Source of the DNA: a virus | Lineage: Duplodnaviria; Heunggongvirae; Uroviricota; Caudoviricetes | Direction: 5' to 3' (one strand) | Virus record (IMG/VR): IMGVR_UViG_2617270976_000012 | Span: 1-48,151 of that record | DNA: 48,151 bases | Shown: positions 8,297 to 17,247 of the stretch, in pieces | Layout: each line of letters starts with the position of its first letter | Position numbering within the stretch: position 1 is the stretch's first letter | The notes under the pieces: model-generated | What the model was told of the DNA's origin: nothing | What the model saw: only the letters and a program-made list of their open reading frames with translations | Database searches by the model: none | Program-made: the position numbers and the translations under genes

Positions 8297-9067
8297 ATGG
8301 AAACCGTATCTGACGCACTGAAAGCACTGAAAAAAGCCTCTTCACATGTGGTGGCAGCTCGCCTTGGAATCAGTCGTGAAGAGGCTGTCAACGAGCTGTG
8401 GGAACTCAAAAGAAATGGCGTCGTTGATAAAACTGGTCACACCTGGTTTCTGGCTGGCGAAGGTGAATCCCGGGTAACCGAAGAGCGGCCAGTAAAATCT
8501 GAAGCACAGGATATGCTGACCGGGGAGGTCGAACAAAAAGTTACCGCAGACATGATGATTGAGTTTATCGGTCAGGATGGGGCTAAAACGTGTGAGGAAG
8601 TGGCGGATAAGTTCGGTGTTAGCATTCGCAAGGTTGCTTCCACGTTGGCGGTCGTAACAGCAACGGGGCGCCTGGCACGCGTAAATCAGAACGGTAAATT
8701 TCGTTACTGCATACCGGGCGCTGATTTACCGGCAGAGCCGGAAGCTGCATCGGTAACGGAAACCGATGGTAAAGCCTTTCCTCAGCCAGCAGGTGTTGCG
8801 TTACCAGTCCGGGAAGCGGAAACACAGGAAGAAATTAAAACTGAAAGTGTGGCGGTCACAGTGCAGTCACAGCCGTCGTTCACCAGAAAGCATCCGGATA
8901 GTCTGATTTTACCATCGCTGCATGTGGCTAACCGCGAACTGCGCCGGGCAAAAGGTCAGGTTCAAAAGTGGGAGCGAGTCTGTGCTGCGCTGCGTGAGCT
9001 GAACAAGCACCAGGATATTGTTCGACAGATTGTCGATTCCTCCAGTCGTATTGTGTCGGAAAAGTGA
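8297..9067 (+). CDS. Prophage protein with predicted winged-helix repeats (DUF1627-like)
   Basis: 256-aa ORF, family recognised by recall only. Confidence 0.45.
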   Translation: METVSDALKALKKASSHVVAARLGISREEAVNELWELKRNGVVDKTGHTWFLAGEGESRVTEERPVKSEAQDMLTGEVEQKVTADMMIEFIGQDGAKTCEEVADKFGVSIRKVASTLAVVTATGRLARVNQNGKFRYCIPGADLPAEPEAASVTETDGKAFPQPAGVALPVREAETQEEIKTESVAVTVQSQPSFTRKHPDSLILPSLHVANRELRRAKGQVQKWERVCAALRELNKHQDIVRQIVDSSSRIVSEK

Positions 9068-9082
9068 TTGCCGGAGGTACTT

Positions 9083-9475
9083 ATGGCAAGAGTATTTACA
9101 CAGGAAGAGCGGGAAGAAGTGAAGGCGCGCATTGTGGAATTCGTGCGCCTGAGCGGACGAGAAACTTTTCGACAACTGGCAGATAAAACGGGTGTCAGTA
9201 AGACCGCTATTCGTCGTTTATCTGGTGCGCTTGCGGCCAGTGGTGATGTCTGGCTCTCTGATTGCGGGGTATTTCCATCAGAGCAGGCGTATCGCGTATG
9301 GCGTAAGACACCGGAGAAGGCTGCTGACCCGACACTGATTCGAAAGTTACCTGACGGAGAAATACGTCGTTACAACAGATGGCAGAACATAATTTGTCGT
9401 GAGTGCCGCCAGAGCGAGGTTATGCAGCGTGTGCTGGCGTTCTATCGGGGAAACTTTCAGGAGGTGATGGAGTGA
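9083..9475 (+). CDS. Hypothetical nin-region protein
   Basis: ATG 9083 with GGAGG RBS 5 nt upstream; stop overlaps the next gene start (GTGA). Confidence 0.5.
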   Translation: MARVFTQEEREEVKARIVEFVRLSGRETFRQLADKTGVSKTAIRRLSGALAASGDVWLSDCGVFPSEQAYRVWRKTPEKAADPTLIRKLPDGEIRRYNRWQNIICRECRQSEVMQRVLAFYRGNFQEVME

Positions 9476-9768
9476 GGGTGAGAGTTTATATTGCCGGTCC
9501 AATGACGGGATATGAAAATTTCAACCGTGAGGCGTTTCACAAGGCGGAAGAGGAACTGAAACGGGAAGGGCATACCGTCTTAAACCCGGCAGTACTTCCG
9601 GACGGGCTGACACAGCCGCACTACATGGATATTTGCATGGCAATGATTCGTTGTGTGGATGCGATTTACATGCTGAATGGCTGGCAGCGGTCAGCGGGCG
9701 CTAAGGCAGAGCTGGCACTGGCGGAGAAACTGGGGCATGCGGTGATTTATCAGGAGGTGGCTCAATGA
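9472..9768 (+). CDS. DUF4406 / nucleoside 2-deoxyribosyltransferase-like fold protein
   Basis: GTG start 9472 after GGAGG; N-terminal VYIAGPMTG motif. Confidence 0.5.
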   Translation: MRVRVYIAGPMTGYENFNREAFHKAEEELKREGHTVLNPAVLPDGLTQPHYMDICMAMIRCVDAIYMLNGWQRSAGAKAELALAEKLGHAVIYQEVAQ

Positions 9769-10226
9769 GAGAGGTTAACTATGAGGCGCTTCGTGAGGCA
9801 GCACAAAACTATCAGTCGACGCTGGCGTGGTATCAGGCTATCCCGGACAGCCCAAATGCTGAACGGGATTGTGATGCGGCTCTTGCTGCGTTTAAGCGTC
9901 ACATCCGTCATCGGGAAGCGGATATTATCGCTGATTTGCTGGATGGACTGGAAGAAGCAAAATCACAACTCAACGAGCAGCGTGAGTATTACGAAGGCGT
10001 TATCTCTGATGGGAGCAAGCGTATTGCTGCACTGGAAGCGCGGGAAGTTCAATTACCGACTCGCTACGACCTTCGATATGGACACCCGATAAATGCAGAT
10101 GAGCGACATGTCATGATACCTAAAGAAAATGGCAGTTGGCTTTACCTGATTGACCTAGAACACGCATTACGCGTCGCTGGCATTCGCATCAAAGGAGAGG
10201 AGCATGGAAATAAAACCAGAGGATGA
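9765..10226 (+). CDS. Hypothetical nin-region protein
   Basis: 153 aa; 3' end carries the CATTCGCATCAAAGGAGA junction module (C-terminus IRIKGE). Confidence 0.5.
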   Translation: MREVNYEALREAAQNYQSTLAWYQAIPDSPNAERDCDAALAAFKRHIRHREADIIADLLDGLEEAKSQLNEQREYYEGVISDGSKRIAALEAREVQLPTRYDLRYGHPINADERHVMIPKENGSWLYLIDLEHALRVAGIRIKGEEHGNKTRG

Positions 10227-10560
10227 GTTAAGCAATATCGTTTTATTTCCTGTAAAAGAGGATGACCCGCGTAATCAGGTTAATTTTCTTTATGAGCCAT
10301 CGGAAAGACCATACTGCCATCACGCCTCTGTCCGGGTTGATGAAAAAGAGCGTCAGGTCCGCTGTAAAATCTGCGGCGCAGTTGTGGAGCCATTTGACTG
10401 GATGCTCTCTGTGGCGAAAAGAGAAACCAGACTGGCAGATGATGTAAGGCTATTGCGTCAGGAGGAACGGGAAAGACGGAAAAATATAGAAAAGCTAATT
10501 CAGATTGAGCGTAACGCGAAAGCGCGGATACGCAGGGCGACAAAATCCAGAACTGAATAG
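10204..10560 (+). CDS. Hypothetical protein with putative zinc ribbon
   Basis: 118 aa; C-x-H...C-x2-C cluster (CHHASVRVDEKERQVRCKICG); basic C-terminus. Confidence 0.5.
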   Translation: MEIKPEDELSNIVLFPVKEDDPRNQVNFLYEPSERPYCHHASVRVDEKERQVRCKICGAVVEPFDWMLSVAKRETRLADDVRLLRQEERERRKNIEKLIQIERNAKARIRRATKSRTE

Positions 10561-10655
10561 TTAAATTTAGAACTGTTAAAAATTTAATCCTTAGCCGGAG
10601 GGATTTCTGCACCCTCAGAACATCAGGAGGCCGCCAGAAAGAGCGGTAATGAAAA

Positions 10656-11081
10656 ATGACTGAATTAACAAAAGAGCAATTAATCGAAGAAGCCAAATTA
10701 AAAATAGCGATTGCGAAATGCCATCCCAATTCAGGCGTGGCACGAGTAGAGGGTGAGTTATTCAAAATTGCACTGACATCGCTGGAAGCAGAACCGGTGG
10801 CATGGACTGACGACGAGGAACTGCGAGATATTGAAAAATATGGGTTCGGTGAGATATTTCAGCGTCCGTCAGATAAATATGAGGCTTCGCGTTGTGTTAC
10901 TCCATTGTATCGCATGCCGCCAGTGCCTGTAGTACCTGAAGGACTGGTTAAAGCTGTGCACTTCTATGAACAAGTAAAACGTGAGAATCCGCCAGTTGAG
11001 ACTGGAGCGTGGAAAGACGCTGTTGACTGGGTACTCAAAGAGGTTTGTCAGGTTGTAAACATTCGCATCAAAGGAGAATGA
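10656..11081 (+). CDS. Hypothetical nin-region protein (paralog of the gene at 11595-11939)
   Basis: N-terminus MTELTKEQLIEEAK...ALTSLEAEP parallels [14 protein letters not shown]...ALASLAAEP of the downstream gene; C-terminus IRIKGE. Confidence 0.5.
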   Translation: MTELTKEQLIEEAKLKIAIAKCHPNSGVARVEGELFKIALTSLEAEPVAWTDDEELRDIEKYGFGEIFQRPSDKYEASRCVTPLYRMPPVPVVPEGLVKAVHFYEQVKRENPPVETGAWKDAVDWVLKEVCQVVNIRIKGE

Positions 11082-11082
11082 G

Positions 11083-11598
11083 ATGGCGTTAACACACCGC
11101 GAACTCTGTCAGATTGCGTACAGGTTCCTTAAGCGCAACGGGTTCAAGGTTTGCTTTCATGACCGCTTTGTTGCTGTAACCAGTACTGGAGAACAACCAG
11201 ATGCTATGGGATTCAGAAATTCAGCATCATGCCTGATAGAGGCGAAGTGTTCTCGTGCTGACTTGTTGGCAGATAGAAAAAAGCGTTTCCGTAAAAATCC
11301 CTCTCTTGGCATGGGCGACTGGAGATTCTTTATTAGTGAGCCGGGAATTATTTCAATTGAGGATTTACCACCTGGCTGGGGATTACTTCACGTTGTTAAC
11401 GGAAGAGTACGGAAAGTACATGGGTGGCCCAAGGGTAATTGCTGTTGGGGTGATCCTGACGATAAGCCATTTACTGGAAATAAGCAGGTTGAATGCGATT
11501 ACATGTTGTCTGCATTAAGGCGCATGGAGTTGAGGGGACACCTTAATGAAATATATGACGGTGTAATCGTTAATAAGCAAGAAGGAAGCGCGGCATGA
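11083..11598 (+). CDS. Putative PD-(D/E)XK-type nuclease
   Basis: 171 aa with D...E-x-K-like arrangement (PDAMGF...CLIEAKCS); coupled to neighbours. Confidence 0.4.
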   Translation: MALTHRELCQIAYRFLKRNGFKVCFHDRFVAVTSTGEQPDAMGFRNSASCLIEAKCSRADLLADRKKRFRKNPSLGMGDWRFFISEPGIISIEDLPPGWGLLHVVNGRVRKVHGWPKGNCCWGDPDDKPFTGNKQVECDYMLSALRRMELRGHLNEIYDGVIVNKQEGSAA

Positions 11599-11939
11599 CC
11601 ACTTTTACCAGAGAGCAGTTAATAGCTCACGCAGAGGAGACTATTGAAGCACAGAGACTGTGCATACCGGGCACAATCGACCATGACATCATCCGCACAT
11701 ATAAGATGGATATTGCTGTTCTGGAAATCGCACTGGCATCGCTGGCAGCAGAGCCAGCCGGTAAATTGCATGAATACAAACCAGTGGGACATCAGCGTCT
11801 GGTCGACGAGTTAACCATGCTGGTAAAGCAGTTAACCTGGCAACTGAGGAAAACGAAGCCGGACTGTAAATTGCCGGGTAAGGCGATGGACTACCTGAAG
11901 CGAAACGGACTGATAAGCGCAGAGGATGTTTTACGATGA
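11595..11939 (+). CDS. Hypothetical nin-region protein (paralog of the gene at 10656-11081)
   Basis: 114 aa; N-terminal similarity to the upstream paralog. Confidence 0.5.
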   Translation: MTTFTREQLIAHAEETIEAQRLCIPGTIDHDIIRTYKMDIAVLEIALASLAAEPAGKLHEYKPVGHQRLVDELTMLVKQLTWQLRKTKPDCKLPGKAMDYLKRNGLISAEDVLR

Positions 11940-12230
11940 CCTGGCCTGAGGCATTCACAACGGTAGGGATCGCAATGGCGGTGGCGCTGGTGGTGTATTC
12001 GATTTGTCGCTGGGGATAAAAACGATTTGCGGGGAAAGGATAGTTAAGTAGAATTGCTGCGGGTGCTTGAGGCTATCTGTCTCAGGCATGAATACCAAAA
12101 GGCAGATAGAGAAAAGCCCCAGTTAACATTACGCGTCCTGCAAGACGCTTAACATTAATCTGAGGCTCAATCTATGAACGGCAAATCTAGGTTAGCCTCT
12201 TACGTGCCGAAAGGCAAGGAGAAGCAGGCT

Positions 12231-12386
12231 ATGAAGCAGCAAAAGGCGATGTTAATCGCCCTGATCGTCATCTGTTTAACCGTCATAGTGACGGCACTGG
12301 TAACGAGGAAAGACCTCTGCGAGGTACGAATCCGAACCGGCCAGACGGAGGTCGCTGTCTTCACAGTTTACGAACCTGAGGAGTAA
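12231..12386 (+). CDS. hokD: Hok/Gef-family type I toxin (HokD/RelF-like)
   Basis: MKQQKAMLIALIVICLTVIVTALVTRKDLCEVRIRTGQTEVAVFTVYEPEE matches Hok/RelF as recalled; in-frame upstream extension resembles a mok-type leader; GC hairpin at 12393-12415. Confidence 0.75.
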   Translation: MKQQKAMLIALIVICLTVIVTALVTRKDLCEVRIRTGQTEVAVFTVYEPEE

Positions 12387-12553
12387 GAGACCCGGCGAGG
12401 GAGAAATCCCTCGCCACCTCTGATGTGTCAGGCATCCTCAACGCACCCGCACGTAACCCGCTTCGGCGGGTTTTGTTTTTTCCTGGCATTCTGGTTTACA
12501 ATTCGCACGCCAGCCTGAACAACTGGCACCTGCTGCGCCAGCAGAGACAACCG

Positions 12554-12832
12554 ATGGCGCACGATACCAAATTACACAATTCTGATGATTCTGCCGTCTT
12601 TGCCAGCAGGCACGGGCGGCGTTCCCGCACTTTCAAATCTGACTGGTTCCAGCATCCCCCATGCACTGAAGAACAGGCCGAGTGGCTAATTCAGTGCTAC
12701 CGCAGACACGGATACGAGATTAAGAAAGCCCTCAGCCTCGATTATCGTCACTGGATAATCTCCGTCAGGCTTCCTTACTCCGAACGCTCACCGCGTCCGT
12801 CCCGCACATTCCAGCAACGCATCTGGAGGTAA
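12554..12832 (+). CDS. Hypothetical protein (position equivalent to rem of Qin)
   Basis: ORF between hok and the DUF968 gene; start uncertain (ATG 12554 chosen; track ORF begins 12425). Confidence 0.3.
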   Translation: MAHDTKLHNSDDSAVFASRHGRRSRTFKSDWFQHPPCTEEQAEWLIQCYRRHGYEIKKALSLDYRHWIISVRLPYSERSPRPSRTFQQRIWR

Positions 12833-12833
12833 C

Positions 12834-13883
12834 GTGCGAGTATTACTTCGACCTGTTCTGGTACCGGAACTCGGGCTGGTGATCGTTAAGCCGGGCCGTG
12901 AATCCATGCCGGTATTCCACAATACCCGGGTACTGGTGGAGCCGGAACCGAAAAGCATGCGTAATCTGCCGTCCGGGGTCGTTCCTGCCGTTCGCCAGCC
13001 GCTGGTGGAAGACAAAACATTGCTGCCGTTTTTCAGTAACGCACGGGTGATTCGTGCTGCTGGTGGTGCTGGTGCATTGTCTGACTGGCTGTTGCGCCAT
13101 ATTAAATCCTGCCAGTGGCCACACGGCGATTATCATCACAGCGAAACCGTCATTCACCGTTATGGTACCGGCGCAATGGTGTTGTGCTGGCACTGCGACA
13201 ACCAGTTGCGTGACCAGACCTCCGAATCACTTGAGCAACTTGCTCACCAAAACTTGTCAGCATGGATGATTGACGTCATTCGTCACGCAATGAATGGCAC
13301 ACAGGAGCGGGAATTATCGCTGGCTGAATTATCCTGGTGGGCGGTCCGCAATCAGGTGGCGGACGCGCTACCGGAAGCGGTATTACGTCGTTCGCTGGGG
13401 TTGCGTGCGGAAAAAATCCGCTCAATGTACCGTGAAAGCGACATCGTACCGGGAGAGCAGACCGCCACCAGCATACTGAAACAGCGCACAAAAAATCTTG
13501 CGCCGCTGCCTCACGCCCACCAGCAACAGAACCCACCACAGGAAAAGACGGTGGTCAGCATTGCCGTTGATCCTGAGTCTCCGGAATCTTTCATGAAACG
13601 ACCTAAACGTCGCCGCTGGGTTAACGAGAAATACACACGCTGGGTGAAGACACAGCCGTGTGCGTGTTGTGGTAAGCCAGCCGACGATCCCCATCACCTG
13701 ATTGGTCATGGTCAGGGCGGAATGGGGACAAAATCTCACGATATTTTCACGCTACCGCTGTGTCGGGAGCATCACAACGAGCTTCATGCGGATCCTCTGG
13801 CGTTCGAAGAAAAGCATGGTTCTCAGGTTGATTTAATTTTTCGTTTTCTTGATCACGCCTTTGCAACTGGCGTGCTTGGGTAA
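12834..13883 (+). CDS. DUF968-family prophage protein (YdfU-like) with C-terminal HNH-like motif
   Basis: 349 aa; C-terminal CCGKPADDPHHL...CREHHNELH; GTG start with GGAGG RBS. Confidence 0.65.
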   Translation: MRVLLRPVLVPELGLVIVKPGRESMPVFHNTRVLVEPEPKSMRNLPSGVVPAVRQPLVEDKTLLPFFSNARVIRAAGGAGALSDWLLRHIKSCQWPHGDYHHSETVIHRYGTGAMVLCWHCDNQLRDQTSESLEQLAHQNLSAWMIDVIRHAMNGTQERELSLAELSWWAVRNQVADALPEAVLRRSLGLRAEKIRSMYRESDIVPGEQTATSILKQRTKNLAPLPHAHQQQNPPQEKTVVSIAVDPESPESFMKRPKRRRWVNEKYTRWVKTQPCACCGKPADDPHHLIGHGQGGMGTKSHDIFTLPLCREHHNELHADPLAFEEKHGSQVDLIFRFLDHAFATGVLG

Positions 13884-13892
13884 AAGAGGTGA

Positions 13893-14270
13893 GTGATGCT
13901 CATAGATTTGGTTTTACCTTACCCGCCGACGGTGAACACTTACTGGCGACGCCGTGGCAGCACATATTTTATCTCGGAGGAGGGAAAGCGTTATCGCCGG
14001 GCTGTGGCGCTTATTGTTCGCCAGCAGCGGCTGAAATTAAGCCTGTCCGGAAGGCTGGCGATAAAGGTGATTGCAGAGCTTCCGGATAAGCGTCGTCGCG
14101 ACCTGGACAATATCCTGAAAGCACCGCTGGATGCGCTGACGCATGCGGGAGTGTTAATGGACGATGAGCAGTTTGATGAAATCAATATCGTTCGTGGTCA
14201 GCCAGTATCTGGTGGACGTCTGGGGGTGAAGATTTACCCCATAATGCTTGAAGGGCAGGTCAAAAAATGA
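13893..14270 (+). CDS. rusA: RusA Holliday junction resolvase
   Basis: 125 aa, LPYPPTVNTYWRRRG...DLDNILKAPLDAL typical of RusA; start may be ATG 13896. Confidence 0.85.
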   Translation: MMLIDLVLPYPPTVNTYWRRRGSTYFISEEGKRYRRAVALIVRQQRLKLSLSGRLAIKVIAELPDKRRRDLDNILKAPLDALTHAGVLMDDEQFDEINIVRGQPVSGGRLGVKIYPIMLEGQVKK

Positions 14271-15088
14271 AACTGGAAGATTTACCGAAATACTACTCCC
14301 CAAAATCCCCCGGCCTGACTGATGCATCGGCCTCAACGTCGAAAGATGCGCTGAGTATCACTGATGTGATGGCCGCGCAGGGCATGACACAGAATCGGGC
14401 TGAGATGGGGTTTTCTGCGTTCCTTGGTAAAATGGGCATTAGTATGAATGACAGAGAGCGGGCAACAGAATTGCTGACAGAATATGCACTCAGTCGGTGT
14501 GATCGCGTGGCGGCGTTAAGAAAACTCCCGGCAGAAATAAAACCGGTAGTGATGCGCATTATGGCTTCGTACGCTTTTGAGGATTATGCCCGCAGCGCAG
14601 CGAGTAAAAAGCAGTGCCCTTGTTGCTATGGGGAAAAATTTATTGAAAGCGTAGTTTTTACAAACAAGGTCCAGTATCCGGATGGTAAGCCGCCGGTATG
14701 GGCAAAGTGTACGAAAGGTGTGTATCCGTCTTACTGGGAAGAATGGAAAAAAGTCAGGGAGGTGGTAAAAGTTGCCTGTCCGGAGTGTGGCGGAAAGGGT
14801 GAGGTTTCCACCGCCTGTAAGGATTGCCGTGGGCGTGGTGTCGCCATTCATCGTGAAGAGTCGGTAAAACGTGGTATGCCTGTTATCAGAGACTGCCAGC
14901 GTTGTGGTGGTCGTGGCTGTGAAAGACTACCATCAACGGAGGCATTTAATGCCATATGCAAAGTGACGAGTGCTATCACGCTTGATACGTGGAAAAAATC
15001 AGTGAAACGCTTTTACGATACGTTGGTGGTTCGGTTTGACATTGAAGAGGCATGGGCGGAGCGGCAGTTAAAGAGGGTAACGCGATAG
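14267..15088 (+). CDS. Q-like late-gene antiterminator (QuuQ-type)
   Basis: 273 aa, multiple CxxC zinc-finger pairs; ATGA overlap with rusA; followed by terminator hairpin. Confidence 0.65.
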   Translation: MKLEDLPKYYSPKSPGLTDASASTSKDALSITDVMAAQGMTQNRAEMGFSAFLGKMGISMNDRERATELLTEYALSRCDRVAALRKLPAEIKPVVMRIMASYAFEDYARSAASKKQCPCCYGEKFIESVVFTNKVQYPDGKPPVWAKCTKGVYPSYWEEWKKVREVVKVACPECGGKGEVSTACKDCRGRGVAIHREESVKRGMPVIRDCQRCGGRGCERLPSTEAFNAICKVTSAITLDTWKKSVKRFYDTLVVRFDIEEAWAERQLKRVTR

Positions 15089-15168
15089 TGTTGTTGATTT
15101 TTCCCGAATCTGTGGTAAATTTGCTCTAACGATGGGCGTTTTATGCCTGACGTTAGAAGATTTTTTAC

Positions 15169-15194
15169 ACCCCGCCGCCTGGCGGGTTTTTTAT
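15169..15194 (+). terminator. Rho-independent terminator downstream of Q (tR'-like)
   Basis: CCCGCC-GCCT-GGCGGG hairpin followed by TTTTTTAT. Confidence 0.5.
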
Positions 15195-15314
15195 GACTGA
15201 AATCGCGTCAGTACAGTAAACGCGCTGGTGGCGGTGAATACCTGTCTTTCAGCTTGCTGGCTTTTTCGACAAGAGTTATTGGTGTGTCACGTTAACCGGA
15301 AAAGGGAAAAAGAC

Positions 15315-15512
15315 ATGCTAAAACAGCAGGATATGACAGAAACCGCCAGAGTGGTGTTTAATGAATTAAGCGTCACCGAACCGGCGACCGTCGGGGAGAT
15401 TGCGCAGAATACTTACCTTTCACGCGAACGCTGCCAGTTAATACTGACCCAGCTTGTTATGGTGGGTCTGGCAGACTATCAGTGCGGTTGTTACAGACGC
15501 CTTCAGTCCTGA
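15315..15512 (+). CDS. Small hypothetical protein
   Basis: 65 aa from MLKQQDMTETARVVFNEL...; AAAGGGA RBS; no family recognised. Confidence 0.35.
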   Translation: MLKQQDMTETARVVFNELSVTEPATVGEIAQNTYLSRERCQLILTQLVMVGLADYQCGCYRRLQS

Positions 15513-15645
15513 AGGCTTTTTATTTGTGGTGAATGGGCGGCTGGTGGGGGGCGACACCTGTCAGTCCTTTGCTTATGTGTTGATGATAATTTACCTTTTG
15601 GGGCTATAATTGAGCTAACCAATTGCTAATGAAAGTAAAATTATA

Positions 15646-16359
15646 ATGGCTGTTGTCTGTTCAGTTATCATGGTTTGCTCCCCAATTAATATTTTTCTTG
15701 AAAAGGATACGTTGTCACTTAAGCCAGGCTCAGTTGTTCTGGCCACCAAATGCATCAGGGAGCTTTTCCTTATGCATTATGGCAAAGTTAAAATTGTCGA
15801 TATAAGCGAATCCGTCGTAAGTCAATATCTGGAAAGTCAGCATAAGCTGACGAGGACTCGTCTGACTGACATTCCGCTTTACCTGTTGCTGGAACCCAAC
15901 AATCCTGCGTTGGCTGCGGCTTTAATTACCAGCCAGGGATTTTCCGGAGAGGCCACGGATATGTTTCTTATGATGGCCTGCCTGTCTCTGTTTGAAACAG
16001 ATGAACGGATGTCATTGTTTTTAAGTGGATGTTTATCCAGCATAAGTGCCAAAGTCAGGGCGATAATTCAGACAGATATATCAGCAAGCTGGACGCTTTG
16101 TGCGATTGCTCTACAGTTGCATATGAGTGAGAGTTTGTTAAAGACAAAACTGAAAAATGAAGGGGGCATGTTCAGTCGCTTGTTGCTGGAAGAGCGGATG
16201 CGTGTTGCTGTAAATATGTTATGTTCCCGGCATGGATATGGACAGGCTATAGCAGAAAAATGCGGTTATTCAAGCAGGTCCTACTTTATTTCTGTATTTC
16301 ACCGCTATTATGGCTTCCCGCCAGACAGATATGTATCCAGGCAAGGGCTTGATTATTGA
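15646..16359 (+). CDS. AraC-family transcriptional regulator (moron)
   Basis: 237 aa; C-terminal AraC-type HTH (...SRSYFISVFHRYYGFPPDRY); AT-rich relative to flanking phage genes; own upstream AT-rich region. Confidence 0.7.
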   Translation: MAVVCSVIMVCSPINIFLEKDTLSLKPGSVVLATKCIRELFLMHYGKVKIVDISESVVSQYLESQHKLTRTRLTDIPLYLLLEPNNPALAAALITSQGFSGEATDMFLMMACLSLFETDERMSLFLSGCLSSISAKVRAIIQTDISASWTLCAIALQLHMSESLLKTKLKNEGGMFSRLLLEERMRVAVNMLCSRHGYGQAIAEKCGYSSRSYFISVFHRYYGFPPDRYVSRQGLDY

Positions 16360-16387
16360 TTTTCATCTGATTATTATTTTTTGGCTC

Positions 16388-16463
16388 GGCCCTTTAGCTC
16401 AGTGGTGAGAGCGAGCGACTCATAATCGCCAGGTCGCTGGTTCAAATCCAGCAAGGGCCACCA
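16388..16463 (+). tRNA. ileZ: tRNA-Ile2 (anticodon CAU, ileX/ileZ-like)
   Basis: 76-nt cloverleaf folded by hand: acceptor GGCCCTT/AAGGGCC, anticodon loop CTCATAA, TTCAAAT T-loop, 3' CCA; close to E. coli ileX as recalled. Confidence 0.8.
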
Positions 16464-16470
16464 TCACATA

Positions 16471-16547
16471 CCGCCATTAGCTCATCAGGAAAGAGCGCCA
16501 GCCTTCGAAGCTGGTTGCGCGGAGTTCGGATCCCCGAAGGCGGTTCA
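16471..16547 (+). tRNA. argN: tRNA-Arg-like (anticodon UCG), imperfect stems, possibly degenerate
   Basis: Perfect anticodon arm CCAGC-CTTCGAA-GCTGG; D-arm TAGCTCATCAGG...GAGC; one mismatch each in T-stem and acceptor stem; 3' end TCA not CCA. Confidence 0.45.
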
Positions 16548-16560
16548 TTATCTGTATCCT

Positions 16561-16637
16561 GCGTTGTTAGCTCAGCCGGACAGAGCAATTGCCTTCTAAG
16601 CAATCGGTCACTGGTTCGAATCCAGTACAACGCGCCA
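16561..16637 (+). tRNA. argO: tRNA-Arg (anticodon UCU, argU/argO-like)
   Basis: Acceptor GCGTTGT/ACAACGC, anticodon loop CTTCTAA, T-loop TTCGAAT, 3' GCCA. Confidence 0.8.
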
Positions 16638-16807
16638 GACTTATTTTTCCCGGCTCGCTTTTGCGGGCCTTTTTTGTATCCGCGCCACGCCCGGCGCATA
16701 TCAACCACAGAGCCTTTCGGGGGTGAGCTTACGGAGTGGTCAGTGTGACTTTCTCTGTGGGCAGATCGCTCCCGGGCGTTGGCTCACCCACCCAAAGGAA
16801 CGTCACG

Positions 16808-17239
16808 ATGTTTGGTATTTTTGGTAAAAAAGCCCGCCGAGCGGCAGTGGAAATTAAAAAGTTTGAGAAACGTGATCTGGCACAGGCGGTTATTAATGCT
16901 GCCTATCTGGTGGCCTATGCAGATGGTGAATGTGAGGCTTCAGAGAAAGCGAAGATCGAGCAGGTCTTGCGTAACCAGCCTGCGTTGTCCGCGTTTACGT
17001 CAGAAATTAATGCGATTAGCGCAACCATTATCGGTCAGCTGGATACGAACTTTAAAATTGGTCGTCGAGCGGCGTTACGTGAGATCGAGGATGTGAAACA
17101 CGATACGCGTGAAGCGGAAGACGTGCTGGATGTGGCGGTGGCCATTGCCGAAGCAGACGGCGAAATAGAGCCGGAAGAGCGCAAGGTGCTGGAAGAGATT
17201 GCCGGTGTTCTGGGCCTTCGTCTGGAGAATCATCTGTGA
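16808..17239 (+). CDS. TerB-like (tellurite-resistance TerB fold) protein
   Basis: 143 aa from MFGIFGKKARRAAVEIKK...; acidic helical protein with TerB-like pattern; family call by recall only. Confidence 0.45.
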   Translation: MFGIFGKKARRAAVEIKKFEKRDLAQAVINAAYLVAYADGECEASEKAKIEQVLRNQPALSAFTSEINAISATIIGQLDTNFKIGRRAALREIEDVKHDTREAEDVLDVAVAIAEADGEIEPEERKVLEEIAGVLGLRLENHL

Positions 17240-17247
17240 CGGTAAAA

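Noticed and set aside
12174-12230. Longer 70-aa Hok ORF starting at 12174
   Set aside because: Hok-family toxins are about 50 aa and begin MKQQKAM; the upstream in-frame codons more likely belong to the regulatory leader.
16736-17239. Stx toxin genes at the canonical Q-tRNA-stx locus
   Set aside because: No ORFs with A/B subunit features (signal peptides plus RNA N-glycosidase or pentamer motifs); the locus instead encodes a TerB-like protein.
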